Shown here in pieces: positions 38,701 to 47,680 of a stretch of 64,000 nucleotides of DNA (the stretch's first letter is position 1; each line of letters opens with the position of its first letter). Origin of the DNA: a virus; IMG/VR virus record IMGVR_UViG_3300010885_020282, positions 1-64,000 of that record. One strand, written 5' to 3'. Both the position numbers and the translations under genes were made by a program. The notes below the pieces were generated by a model. It was not told the DNA's origin, searched no databases, and saw nothing but the letters and a program-made list of their open reading frames with translations.

Positions 38701-41700
38701 AGCACTGGTGCAAATTATCAATCCAGGCACCACAAGTCAAGCAGATCAGACAGTATTTGTTCAAGATATATTAAAGAGCAATTACAAGATTACATCTCCT
38801 AACATACTGCCTACTACTCTAGTAGTTCCAGATAATGCTCTGCCTACTGCAGGATATGTAGACTTGGAAGACGTAGACATTACAGTATTTGATTTAAGCA
38901 ACAATGCTACATTAAATTCTCAATTAGACAATATTGGTGTGGCTACTACTATCTGGGTAGCTCGTGTTAACACATACGATTGGGCAATATATCGTAGCGA
39001 AAAGGTGCCAGGTGCCATTGTATCAGTTGAAGACAATCTCAACAACAATAGCATAGTTACTTTTAATCAAGCTCACGGCTTGACTGCTGGAGACACTGTA
39101 ATCATTAAGTATTTTTCTGATGCCATCAATGGTGCTTATCAAGTATTAAGTGTTCCTTCTATCTACACTATAATTGTTGACTATGCATTTACCGGATTTC
39201 AAACCACTGAAGTTGGTAACGGTTTTGCATTTACACTTCAGCCATGTCGAGTACATCAACCATCGGACATAAAATTACTGCCATATGCAAATGAATTGCT
39301 TCCTGGATCACGTGCCTGGGTTGATGACAATTCGTTTGGTCGTTGGACAGTTTTAGAAAAAACTGATCCATTTGTTCAAGCTGAAACTTTAACTCCGTTC
39401 ACACCAGTCACTGGCAGTCGCTATGGTTCAAGCATTGCGCAAGGACTGTTAAACGTAAGTGCACTAGTCGGGGCACCGGGATACAATCCTGCTAATCAAG
39501 CAATTGTACCGGGTGCGGTGTATGTATATGTTAAAACAGACCAAGATGTATATGATCAAAATACTGTTTTGACATTGAATGCAACAAACGCATCCGGGTA
39601 TGGCAACTCAATGGACATTGGTAACAAGAGCTGGGCCATAGTAGGAGCAAGTGATAGTAACTACGGACAAGGATATGCCGCAACAATATATGTTGCACCG
39701 GGCACCAGTGTGTTTGAACAGCGACAGTTGCTAATATCGCCCACACGAAAATTTGACGGTGGCGAATTTGGATACTCGGTGACCATGAGTCTTGACGAGC
39801 ACTGGATATACGTTAGTTCTCCAGGGCATAATGAAGTGCATGCCTATGCTCGCACAGAAGTACAACAACAATTTGTTGACTACATCACAGACGGCGTAAC
39901 TGCAACGTACAATTGGAGTGATAGCATCCTTATTGATTACACCAAGCCAGGACAATTGTCTGTTAGATTAGAAGACCGCTTGTTATCGTACCCAGGTGAT
40001 TATCTAGTTAATTCAACTAATATTGTGTTAAATTCTGCTCCAGTTGCAGGACAACAATTATCCATCAATAGAAATTTCGTAGTACAACTAGATCAAAAAT
40101 TCATGACTGGAGTTGTGGCAACTGGCGGCAGTGGCAGTGGCGCAACATTTACAGTAAACAACGTTCGTGGAGTTTATACAGTAAATCTTGACAATGGCGG
40201 AACAGGGTATACTGCAGGCAACACATTAACAATACTAGGTACTGATGTCGAGACTCAGGACTCACCTGCCAGCAATCCTGCAAATAATATAACAATCACA
40301 GTTGACACAGTTGACGGCAGTGGAACAATTCTTAGTATTGTTGATCCAGTAAACGGCCAAGGCGTTAGGACTCAAGACCATTTTGACTTAACTGATTATC
40401 TTGCCACAGCAGTTGACATTTACTCGTTTACAGTAACAGTTAACGACGTGCTAATGCGCCCAGAGATAGATTATGATTTCAATAGTGACAGTAGTTTTAT
40501 TGATCCAATGATCCTGGTGTTTACCACACCTCCGCCACCTGGCGCAAGAATTATAGTCAATAGCTCAACTTATTTCAGTTATGTGGCCACACTGCCCACA
40601 GACGGACTAGGGTTGACCGTTGGTGATCGATTTGGACACTCTATCAGCTGTAACTCAACTGGTAGTCATGTCACGGTCGGAACCCCCAATATCAACAATG
40701 ATTCTGGACGTGCATTTGTGTTTGATCGCAATATCCAGCAATTTATAGTAAGTGATGCTACACAAACTGAATACTATACTGAACAAAGTCTCGAGACCCC
40801 GGGGTCAGTCATGGTGTCGTTAAACGGCACATACTTGTTGCCCACCGCACTTAATTTCAATAGTGGATTTGAGGTTGATGTTAGCAATCCATCTAACCAA
40901 TTTGTTAATATAACTGCCACATTGAATGTGGGGGATGTGATTGAAGTATCAACTAATCAATTTACACTGTTAGAAGTTGTTGACTCAGTTGATGCATCTA
41001 GCGAAGCTCAATTTGGATACAAAGTTGATCAGTGCATAAACGATTGTAGTTGGTATGTGTCAGCCCCGTTTGATTCGTCTATTTTGACAGGCGCTGGCCG
41101 AGTTGAGTTCTGGCAGAATCAGAGCCGTGTGTATGGTACTACAACTTCCACAGTTGCAAACCCAACATTGACAACAGGCGATTTTATTCGTATTGACAAC
41201 ATGTTTGTGGCTATAGATGGTACCACAGTGGCTGATTTTGTAGATAGTGTCAATTCAGCTAATATTCCCAATGTTGTTGCTTCCTTGACTTCTAATTTGA
41301 CGCTAGAAGCCGATGGAACATCCAAAGTATATGACATTGGTAACATTTATGCAGCCGCAGGCACCATAGACGAAACTATCGTATATGTTGATAATGTGTT
41401 ACAGACGTACAACACTGATTATGTGTACAACAATACCACACAGCAAATTACATTTACTAATGCACCATTTAATACTGCTGAAATTTTGATTGTGTCTGGC
41501 CGCATGACAATTAGTGTTAAAAATTATGATGCTAGTACACCAGGTAACAGACTGCAAGTGTTGCCCGGAACTGGCACATTGTTTGACGATGTGGGATTCA
41601 ACACTTACATACACGAACAAACCATTGTCAGCCCAGTGCCGCAAGTCGAAGCACACTTTGGCCAAGGATTGTTTATCAGTGATGATACCACAACATTGTT

Positions 41701-44700
41701 AGTGGGTGCACCCAATGGCAGCATGATTCGTGCTACTACATTTGACCTAGACCAAACAAGATTTGATTCAGACAGCACAAACTTTGCTGACCCAACTCCC
41801 AATAGTGGTGCTGTGTATTCGTTTGACTCTTTGCCATCAAATAATCCAACTGCATCTAACCCTCTACAGTTTGTGTTTGGACAACAATTTGTTAATAACA
41901 ATGTTCAATCCAAAGATCAGTTTGGGTATGCAGTTGACCTATCAACTGGATTGTTGTTGATTGGTTCTCCAGGTACTGATTTTAACAATGACAGCCAGAC
42001 TGATTTTGGCCAAGTGATACAATATCACAATCTTGAAAATCTTCCAGCCTGGCAAGTGATACGATTGCAACAGCCATTTGTTGATGTAAACTTGTTGGAT
42101 ACTGTGTTTATCTATGACAACACCACTAGTCAGCCACTTGAATACTTTGATTATTTTGATCCTTTGCAAGGCCGAATACTTGGTGCAGTAAGACAAAATA
42201 TCAATTATATTGGAGCAGTGGATCCTGCCGCATACAATACTGGCGCTTTGAACAACTATGGCGTGCGGTGGGCAGAGGAGTATGTGGGACAAATATGGTG
42301 GGATACCAACAACGTTCGATTCATTGACCCACACCAGTCACAACAAACCACACGTGGCCCTGAACCTGATATTGTTTATGCAAGCCGTCGATGGGGACAA
42401 GTGTTCCCCGGAAGCTCAGTTGATGTTTATCAATGGATTGTCAGCTCAGTACCGCCGATTGACTATACTGGCCCCGGAACTCCCAAAGATACCACTAGTT
42501 ATACGGTGTTAACATCACTGGACTCACAGGGATTTTTAACCACTCAGTATTATTTCTGGGCCTCAGGTCTAACCACAGTAGCTACATCGTCTAACAAGAC
42601 TTTGAGTATTACTTCACTGGCAAGATATATTGAAAATCCTCGCAGTAGTGGCATTCCTTACATTGCGCCTATAACCTCTAGCACAGTAGCAATCTACAAT
42701 GGTTTATCCTATATAAATTCGCTAGACTCGGTATTGCATATCGAGTACGACAAGCAAGCCACAGATGATGCTGTGCACGTTGAATATCAATTGATTGCAC
42801 AAGACCGTCCAGAATCGTTCTTAAATGCTACGTTATACAGAAAATTATTGGACAGTTTGTCAGGCGAAGACACTGCCGGCAATGCAGTTCCTGACCCGTT
42901 CTTGACACCTACAGAACAATACGGCATACAATTCCGTCCTCGTCAGAGCATGGTTATGAATCGTTTCTTGGCGTTGAAAAACTATATTACACAAACTAAT
43001 ACAGTGTTGGCGCAGTCCCCAATAGCCGAAACACGACAATTCAATTTGCTCAACAGCTCAGAACCTGAACCAAGTTCAGCATCAGGTGCATGGAACAAAC
43101 GTGTGGCCAATCAAGAAGAACTTAGCTATCAAGATTTGTTAGCAGTTCCACTGGGTTACAAATACCTTGTGGCAAGTGACAGTACACAAAATGGTCTTTG
43201 GACCATTTACGAAGTACAAGCTAGCATACTACCTGGTGTGCGTGACCTAGGTCTTGTACGGGTACAAAATTACGATACTCGACGTTATTGGAACTATATC
43301 AATTGGTACAGCCCTACATATAACCAGTACCAAAGAATTCTACTTGAAGTACCAAATAGATCTAGCCTAGACACACTTACAGTGCCAGTGGGTAGTGCTG
43401 TGCGTGTGACTGCTAATTCAATTAACAAGTGGGAAATTTATTTGTTAACAGCAACTGGTTGGATACGAGTTGGATTACAAGATGGCACGATTGAATTGTC
43501 ATCTGTGATTTGGGACTACACCGCTGGAAGATTTGGATTTGACAGCGAAGTGTTTGATGCACAATATTATGATCAAGCACCTATAATTGAGACTCGACAA
43601 ATCATCAAAGCCATTAACGAAGAATTGTTTATTGGAGATCTGTTAATCGAACGTAATCGATTGTTGGTGTTGATGTTCAATTACATTCTCAGCGAACAAT
43701 TGGCTCCTGTCTGGTTGACTAAAACTAGTTTGATTGATGTTGACCATACCATTCGTGAATTGCTGCCATACCCAATATACCGCGCAGACAATCAAGACTT
43801 TGTGCTCAATTATATCAATGAAGTCAAGCCATATCATGTGCAAATCCGTGAGTTTAATCTTAAATATCGCGGATCAGATCAGTACTTTGGTTCATTGACT
43901 GACTTTGATTTGCCTGCGTATTATGATAATGCAAGAGACATGTTTATTAGTCCAGTGTTGGATAACACAGGTACACTCAGCACCACAAGTAGCTTGCCCA
44001 GTAGTGATCCAATTTGGTATACTTTCCCTTGGAATCAGTGGTATCAAAACTATCTACTATCAATTCAATCAGTTGTAATCTATGCTCCTGGTTCAGGCTA
44101 TACAGAACCACCGATCGTTATAGTTACAGGTGATTGCATACAACCTGCAGTTATGACTGCACAAATTAACACTGCTGGTGAGGTTGTAGGCATTACCATA
44201 GTTGATCCAGGCCAAGGCTATAGTACCACTGCTGTAATCACACTAGATAGCAGTACTGGTACTGGTGCAGAAGTATATGCAGTCATGGGCAATAACATGA
44301 TTCGCAGTATCGCAACCACCATCAAGTATGATCGTTATCAATACAGCACCACAATACTGACATGGGAACCCAATGTCAGCTACAATGCCGGACAGCAAGT
44401 TCGCTATGCTGATCGAGTATGGTCAGCAAATGCCAACAATACAACATCAGTTGAATTTGATTCTTCACAATGGACGCTGGTTCCTGCAGGTGATCTAAGC
44501 GGTGTTGATCGTACCATGGGATACTATGTACCTACTGTAAACCAGCCGGGACTAGATCTTGGACTATTGATCAGTGGAGTTGACTACCCTGGAGTACAAG
44601 TGTCTGCGCCAGGATTTGATCAGAATGCTGGATTTGATGTTGGCAATTTTGACATGACTCCGTATGACAATATTTCAATCAGTGCTGAGGGATTTGTAAC

Positions 44701-46861
44701 ATACGATCCTGCTATACTGGATGCAATATATGCAAGCAACTTTGTTGACCCATACTTGGGCACTCGACCAACGGATGTTAATGTAGACGGCGGCGCATTT
44801 GTTGACACGTATGAAAGTCATGCACCCGAAGAACTTGTACCAGGCATCACATACGATACATTAGACTTGCGAGTTTTTACTACCCCTGGTGCAGATTGGG
44901 CTGGAGACGGACACGGATTCCCGCTACGCGAACGTAATTTTGTTTACAACTCGTTGGTGCCTAATTTGGATTTTTCTGGATTGTTGTACAATCCTGTCAC
45001 CATCGAAGTTTATAATCAAACAACCGGAGTTAATTTAAATCTTGGAGTTGATTACGTAGTTGACTGGGTAAACTATGTGGTTACAATTACATCACCTATT
45101 GTGAATGGCAATGTGTTAACTGTAGTTGCTTATGCACTTGGTGGCGGCAATCAATTGTTCACTCAAACTTATGTTGGAGATGTAGTTGGAGATGCATTAA
45201 TTGTGCCAATGACTGAATCGTTGGTTACTGACGCTGTGGTATTCGTCAATGGATTTCAATACACTGATTTTACATTCACTTCTGTTCCACCAAGTGGCTA
45301 TACCTTGATTGAGTTTGCAACAACATTTACAGATCAAGATCGTGTGAGCGTGATTTTGTTTGGGGGCGATACTGCAACCAACAGTTGGAGTTTGCCAGTT
45401 ACTCAATACATTGTTAGTGACGGTAGTCTGACATATAATTTGACCAACAGCTTACAAGGTACTAACCCCATCAACGTTATAGTCAATAAAAATGGCATAA
45501 GAGCAATTCCTTCAGAAACATCTGAATCAATTGGAACCGGATTCCAAACAGTATTCCCGTTGCCCGATGGCCGACTGTACGACTTGGATCTTGTGTCTGA
45601 CAATGATGTTGCAGTTTTTGTTAATGATGTTCAACTGATATTGGGTGTGGGATTTACTGTGCAACCACCAGGTACAGTGCCTCGATCAGTTGTGCTGGCT
45701 AGCGCACCACCGCCAGTTTCTAGAGTTCTTGTTAGTGTAAGGACTAGAGCACAGTATTGGATTGTCAACAATCAAATTACGTTTATACCTTCACAGGGAT
45801 TCATTCCCACAGTTGGGGACATTATTTCTGTAACAACATGGAATAACACCAATCAGCAAAACATTCTAACTCAAGTGTTTGCTGGACCTGAAACATCTGG
45901 TACAGTAATAACACAACCGTACGATTCAACTGTTTACGATGAAGGCGCTGCCGCAAACGCACCTGGATCTTACGACTACTCAGAAGGTATATTGATACAA
46001 AATAACCGATTTAATGTTGGAAGATTAATTACTGATCCTGAACGGTTGGTTGTAACTCTCAATGGACGTTATTTGTTTAACAATCAAGGGTATACTGTGT
46101 CGGACACCTATGTGCTGTTAACTGGCCCAATAATTAATGCTGCCTCCATTGTTGTTATCACAAGCTTTGCTAATGATGTTGTGCCAGACTCAATGGCGTT
46201 CCGGATATTCCAAGACATGCGTGGACAGCAATATACCTATCGCATTACCCATGAAACCAGTACAGAACTAGTTGCACCACTGCTGGCTTCTGATGATGTG
46301 GTTTATGTAGCTGACGCATCTGTGCTGGGAGAACCTGAACTTGCGTATGGCATTTTTGGTATTATTACTATCAATGGAGAGCGTATTACCTATCGTGATC
46401 GTGACACAGTTCTCAATACTGTAAGCGGATTACGTCGTGGTACAGCAGGTACTGGAGCAGCTGACCACGCCATCGGCGCCCCAGTATATGACATGAGCCG
46501 TGGCAATTTATTACCAGCTCAGTACCAGAATTACACACAGGCACAAAACTTCTTGGCAAACGGCAGTACTACTACATTCGTGGCCACTGATATTTCAGTA
46601 GCAGATGTTGACTCTACTGAGCGTTTAGAGGCTGTTTTGGTGTATGTAGGCGGAACATTGCAAACTGATGGCTATACTATTGGTTCAGCTGACCCATTAA
46701 CTGTGGTGTTTACTACCGCGCCTGAGTCAGGTTATCAGGTGTCAATACAGGTCAATCGTGGGGTAACTTGGTACGCACCCGGAACCAGCACTCCTAGCAA
46801 TGGTGTTCCTTTACAACAAACCAACACCGTGGCTGCAAGATTCCTGAGAGGTGTTATTTGA
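32708..46861 (+). CDS. Giant 4717-aa baseplate/adhesin protein (gp7-like position) with FG-GAP-like propeller and CBM-like modules
   Basis: Follows gp6; N-terminal LLPEIFRT...FL, YINEVKPYH motif, seven FG-GAP-like repeats, two W.PN..Y..G..V....W modules. Confidence 0.75.
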   Translation: MALNRTVNLLPEIFRTDTNRKFLAATLDQLTQEPNLKKTQGYVGRRVGPGVNPADNYVVESTAVRTDYQLEPGVVFLKPNTGTAEDAITYPGMIDSLALQNAKTNKQDRLWESEYYSWDPFCDLDKFTNYSQYYWLPGGPDSVNVSSTDIPLTDDFVVTRNVLDYTFSGVPGKNPIVYLARGGTYNFTTNQAGYAFWIQSAPGITGTLPPTPNISSRAVLGVVNNGSETGVTTFYVPAKTAQDFYYTLPTLTSVDLVSDLQFSQINNIRLSAFLEQYPTGIDGESQLDGKTLIFSNTIQDAAQGGWQIITDSSVTNITSQSQRYSVWTVRYVYDSGLDPLITLSSTATVPNLTKFSILYGATYSVTQWYKDSSGYFEQVPLLSAVQDVLYYQDGSNPEIRGEIRLIDFQNVEPIDINDIVGAKNYTSPNGVVFTNGLKVQFRGPTVPAQFENLEYYVEGVGTGPGGQYRVGFIDGEAYFGMYHLVNNQKVTGTASDTTFQQYIYDTVEESLANIGAGTPLGAPLPQVSVPGADLGNGIRLVPVDSLVTPETYTKNELIPYDSLAYDVGPYDDSLNSPLIQDYITQNRSSSDRNAWSRSNRWFHIDVINYTSELNNITPVINNAQRASRPIIEFRANLRLWNMGTLAKDPVNIIDFTETDALSNINGQTGYGIDGYTFLSGTRVIFAADLDAQVRNRIYEVTFIDPDNSGKLIIDLVPAYDSDLQLSQTVVCLNGATLQGISFWFDGVTWQRAQEKTNVNQPPLFDVYDIQGRSFGDRTAYPSSSFEGCRLFGYAEGMTSTVDAVLGLSLKYLNINNVGDIVFQNYLYSDNFIYVTNNISTEVPVSTGFVRQYIDRVTFSNQIGWQTAAATSRSRQVFRFVANGSPLVLDVPVDQAQLLPAVQVFIGSSFIDPGQYSVVVLGNNTTITFSTQPVVGSIIEVLATSNQASSVAFYEIPINLENNAQNGNSTSFTLGTIRTHYETIAQNLKLLTGPINGANNSRDLGDIIPYGTNIIQNSSPLLLAGVFLRRQQYELFNSLNFNSQEYTKYKALLLDLAARGNFINSTPTQVLDTITQEIALTRNESFPFFWTDMLPAGETYTDLSYTVTPITTGTFDTTAVYDLTSSNYQAVLVYLNGNILTLNRDYTVPVDTATVFVSVPLAVGDVVTIREYATTYGSFVPNTPTKMGLYPAWQPKMYLDETYLTPTMVIQGHDGSITVAFDDVRDAVLLEFETRIYNNLKIHSRIPLTVADVVPGQFRDTNYTLTEINNILTPDFLSWIGWNKLDYVAQDYVAGNPFTYNYSQSGNKLNQQPLLGAWRGIYNYFYDTMTPNTTPWEMLGFTEEPDWWQDYYGPAPYTSGNLVLWQDLEAGFIADPNNPRFAPEYARPGLTQVIPSGSQGELLPPTESVVGNYDTTSFRRSWVFGDDGPVESTWKTSSAWPFSVMRLLALTKPAEFFSLFVDRDRYVYDTTLNQYLWDQRYRLTPENIAPLNGSKVSRASYMNWIIDYNRQRGVDSSVDLAVQLNALDVRLCWRMSAFSDKRYLKIYTERSTLGGTNASLLLPDESYQLLLYQNPPFNKITYSSVVVQVVDGGWAVYGYNNSAAYFEILASKPNGLSVTISAGGSAERVPVEYTNTIVQVPYGYVFTNRSAVCDFLYSYGELLTQRGLEFEGIENGYIMNWQQMAQEFLYWSNQGWQTGTSIINLNPGATSISVTQPGAVVESIFPPRLDSVVLNQNRTAIPPAELVIDRLENTFKITSVNSNTINFLNLRFTAYEHLMVLDNRSIFADLLYDPITGARQSRVLVAGWLSGDWNGTVNAPGFVLNQDNIREWVPNRKYSKGEIVLFKDQYWSANSIVQPSATFDFNAWIKSDYNEIQQGLLPNAANVSDQLAQSYSVYDANLETEIDLFSYGLIGFRPRQYMQALNLDDVSQVQLYQQFLGSKGTRPSLEIFSYADLGKETAQYNIYEYWAILRSTYGANANRSYFDLLLNASKLISDPALVQIINPGTTSQADQTVFVQDILKSNYKITSPNILPTTLVVPDNALPTAGYVDLEDVDITVFDLSNNATLNSQLDNIGVATTIWVARVNTYDWAIYRSEKVPGAIVSVEDNLNNNSIVTFNQAHGLTAGDTVIIKYFSDAINGAYQVLSVPSIYTIIVDYAFTGFQTTEVGNGFAFTLQPCRVHQPSDIKLLPYANELLPGSRAWVDDNSFGRWTVLEKTDPFVQAETLTPFTPVTGSRYGSSIAQGLLNVSALVGAPGYNPANQAIVPGAVYVYVKTDQDVYDQNTVLTLNATNASGYGNSMDIGNKSWAIVGASDSNYGQGYAATIYVAPGTSVFEQRQLLISPTRKFDGGEFGYSVTMSLDEHWIYVSSPGHNEVHAYARTEVQQQFVDYITDGVTATYNWSDSILIDYTKPGQLSVRLEDRLLSYPGDYLVNSTNIVLNSAPVAGQQLSINRNFVVQLDQKFMTGVVATGGSGSGATFTVNNVRGVYTVNLDNGGTGYTAGNTLTILGTDVETQDSPASNPANNITITVDTVDGSGTILSIVDPVNGQGVRTQDHFDLTDYLATAVDIYSFTVTVNDVLMRPEIDYDFNSDSSFIDPMILVFTTPPPPGARIIVNSSTYFSYVATLPTDGLGLTVGDRFGHSISCNSTGSHVTVGTPNINNDSGRAFVFDRNIQQFIVSDATQTEYYTEQSLETPGSVMVSLNGTYLLPTALNFNSGFEVDVSNPSNQFVNITATLNVGDVIEVSTNQFTLLEVVDSVDASSEAQFGYKVDQCINDCSWYVSAPFDSSILTGAGRVEFWQNQSRVYGTTTSTVANPTLTTGDFIRIDNMFVAIDGTTVADFVDSVNSANIPNVVASLTSNLTLEADGTSKVYDIGNIYAAAGTIDETIVYVDNVLQTYNTDYVYNNTTQQITFTNAPFNTAEILIVSGRMTISVKNYDASTPGNRLQVLPGTGTLFDDVGFNTYIHEQTIVSPVPQVEAHFGQGLFISDDTTTLLVGAPNGSMIRATTFDLDQTRFDSDSTNFADPTPNSGAVYSFDSLPSNNPTASNPLQFVFGQQFVNNNVQSKDQFGYAVDLSTGLLLIGSPGTDFNNDSQTDFGQVIQYHNLENLPAWQVIRLQQPFVDVNLLDTVFIYDNTTSQPLEYFDYFDPLQGRILGAVRQNINYIGAVDPAAYNTGALNNYGVRWAEEYVGQIWWDTNNVRFIDPHQSQQTTRGPEPDIVYASRRWGQVFPGSSVDVYQWIVSSVPPIDYTGPGTPKDTTSYTVLTSLDSQGFLTTQYYFWASGLTTVATSSNKTLSITSLARYIENPRSSGIPYIAPITSSTVAIYNGLSYINSLDSVLHIEYDKQATDDAVHVEYQLIAQDRPESFLNATLYRKLLDSLSGEDTAGNAVPDPFLTPTEQYGIQFRPRQSMVMNRFLALKNYITQTNTVLAQSPIAETRQFNLLNSSEPEPSSASGAWNKRVANQEELSYQDLLAVPLGYKYLVASDSTQNGLWTIYEVQASILPGVRDLGLVRVQNYDTRRYWNYINWYSPTYNQYQRILLEVPNRSSLDTLTVPVGSAVRVTANSINKWEIYLLTATGWIRVGLQDGTIELSSVIWDYTAGRFGFDSEVFDAQYYDQAPIIETRQIIKAINEELFIGDLLIERNRLLVLMFNYILSEQLAPVWLTKTSLIDVDHTIRELLPYPIYRADNQDFVLNYINEVKPYHVQIREFNLKYRGSDQYFGSLTDFDLPAYYDNARDMFISPVLDNTGTLSTTSSLPSSDPIWYTFPWNQWYQNYLLSIQSVVIYAPGSGYTEPPIVIVTGDCIQPAVMTAQINTAGEVVGITIVDPGQGYSTTAVITLDSSTGTGAEVYAVMGNNMIRSIATTIKYDRYQYSTTILTWEPNVSYNAGQQVRYADRVWSANANNTTSVEFDSSQWTLVPAGDLSGVDRTMGYYVPTVNQPGLDLGLLISGVDYPGVQVSAPGFDQNAGFDVGNFDMTPYDNISISAEGFVTYDPAILDAIYASNFVDPYLGTRPTDVNVDGGAFVDTYESHAPEELVPGITYDTLDLRVFTTPGADWAGDGHGFPLRERNFVYNSLVPNLDFSGLLYNPVTIEVYNQTTGVNLNLGVDYVVDWVNYVVTITSPIVNGNVLTVVAYALGGGNQLFTQTYVGDVVGDALIVPMTESLVTDAVVFVNGFQYTDFTFTSVPPSGYTLIEFATTFTDQDRVSVILFGGDTATNSWSLPVTQYIVSDGSLTYNLTNSLQGTNPINVIVNKNGIRAIPSETSESIGTGFQTVFPLPDGRLYDLDLVSDNDVAVFVNDVQLILGVGFTVQPPGTVPRSVVLASAPPPVSRVLVSVRTRAQYWIVNNQITFIPSQGFIPTVGDIISVTTWNNTNQQNILTQVFAGPETSGTVITQPYDSTVYDEGAAANAPGSYDYSEGILIQNNRFNVGRLITDPERLVVTLNGRYLFNNQGYTVSDTYVLLTGPIINAASIVVITSFANDVVPDSMAFRIFQDMRGQQYTYRITHETSTELVAPLLASDDVVYVADASVLGEPELAYGIFGIITINGERITYRDRDTVLNTVSGLRRGTAGTGAADHAIGAPVYDMSRGNLLPAQYQNYTQAQNFLANGSTTTFVATDISVADVDSTERLEAVLVYVGGTLQTDGYTIGSADPLTVVFTTAPESGYQVSIQVNRGVTWYAPGTSTPSNGVPLQQTNTVAARFLRGVI

Positions 46862-46876
46862 CATAAATATTTTACT

Positions 46877-47026
46877 ATGACAGACAATAAACAAACCTCA
46901 CCGCCTACTACAAATGTTGCACCAAAGTCGCATAAACCTGACGATGCGGGCAACATAGTAATCAGCGGGTTTGTGCGTATTAGTGACCCAGAAACAAAAG
47001 AAACTATCCTTGAGGTACGAGAATAA
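46877..47026 (+). CDS. Unannotated 49-aa ORF (MTDNKQ...GNIVISGFVRISDPETKETILEVRE)
   Basis: Manual translation. TAAATA lies shortly upstream, the stop overlaps the next ATG (TAATG), and the C-terminus resembles the N-terminus of the next gene. Confidence 0.75.
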   Translation: MTDNKQTSPPTTNVAPKSHKPDDAGNIVISGFVRISDPETKETILEVRE

Positions 47027-47628
47027 TGTTAACTATCCCAGTGGCTGTGCAAGGATTCCTGCGCATTTATGACCCCAACAACCAAGAAACATTTGTTGAA
47101 AAACAAAATGCGATCCATTACGAAAACATGAGTATTGCGTTGGCTCAGAGTATTGCTGATAAAAATATCGGATACATCTATGCCATGGCATTTGGGAATG
47201 GTGGATCTAGCGTGGATCCCACAGGAGTTATTACGTATTTGCCCCCAAACACAACAGGACAAAACGCAGATTTATACAATCAAACCTATATCAAAGTAGT
47301 AGACGGAAATTCAGCTGCCAATACTGACCCTACTCGCAATAACTTAACAGTGTTGCACACATCGGGGCAAGTTTATACAGATGTTCTAGTAACTTGTTTG
47401 TTGGACTACGGCGAGCCGCCCGGACAACAAGCATTTGATAATAGTACAAATTTTAACGGTGAGTATGTGTTTGACGAACTGGGACTTAAAGCTTGGGAAG
47501 GATCATCTTCTGATCTCATTCTTTTAACTCATGTAATATTCCATCCTGTACAAAAAAGTTTGAATCGACAGATTCAAATAGATTATACAGTTAGAATTCA
47601 AACGCTAACCAACCTTAGCGTGGCATAA
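47026..47628 (+). CDS. Baseplate/tail-fibre attachment-like structural protein
   Basis: MAFGNGG, FDELGL, LLTHVIFHPVQKS..R.IQIDYTVRI; located in the baseplate module. Confidence 0.6.
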   Translation: MLTIPVAVQGFLRIYDPNNQETFVEKQNAIHYENMSIALAQSIADKNIGYIYAMAFGNGGSSVDPTGVITYLPPNTTGQNADLYNQTYIKVVDGNSAANTDPTRNNLTVLHTSGQVYTDVLVTCLLDYGEPPGQQAFDNSTNFNGEYVFDELGLKAWEGSSSDLILLTHVIFHPVQKSLNRQIQIDYTVRIQTLTNLSVA

Positions 47629-47680
47629 ATATCTATATATAAAATGCCCATAAATAAGGTAGACACGGAGTAAACAACAC

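Noticed and set aside
32708-46861. Intein, intron or diversity-generating retroelement target in the giant gene or fibres
   Set aside because: No intein splice motifs (C...HN-C/S/T), no LAGLIDADG, no reverse transcriptase, and no near-identical template/variable repeat pair noticed by eye.
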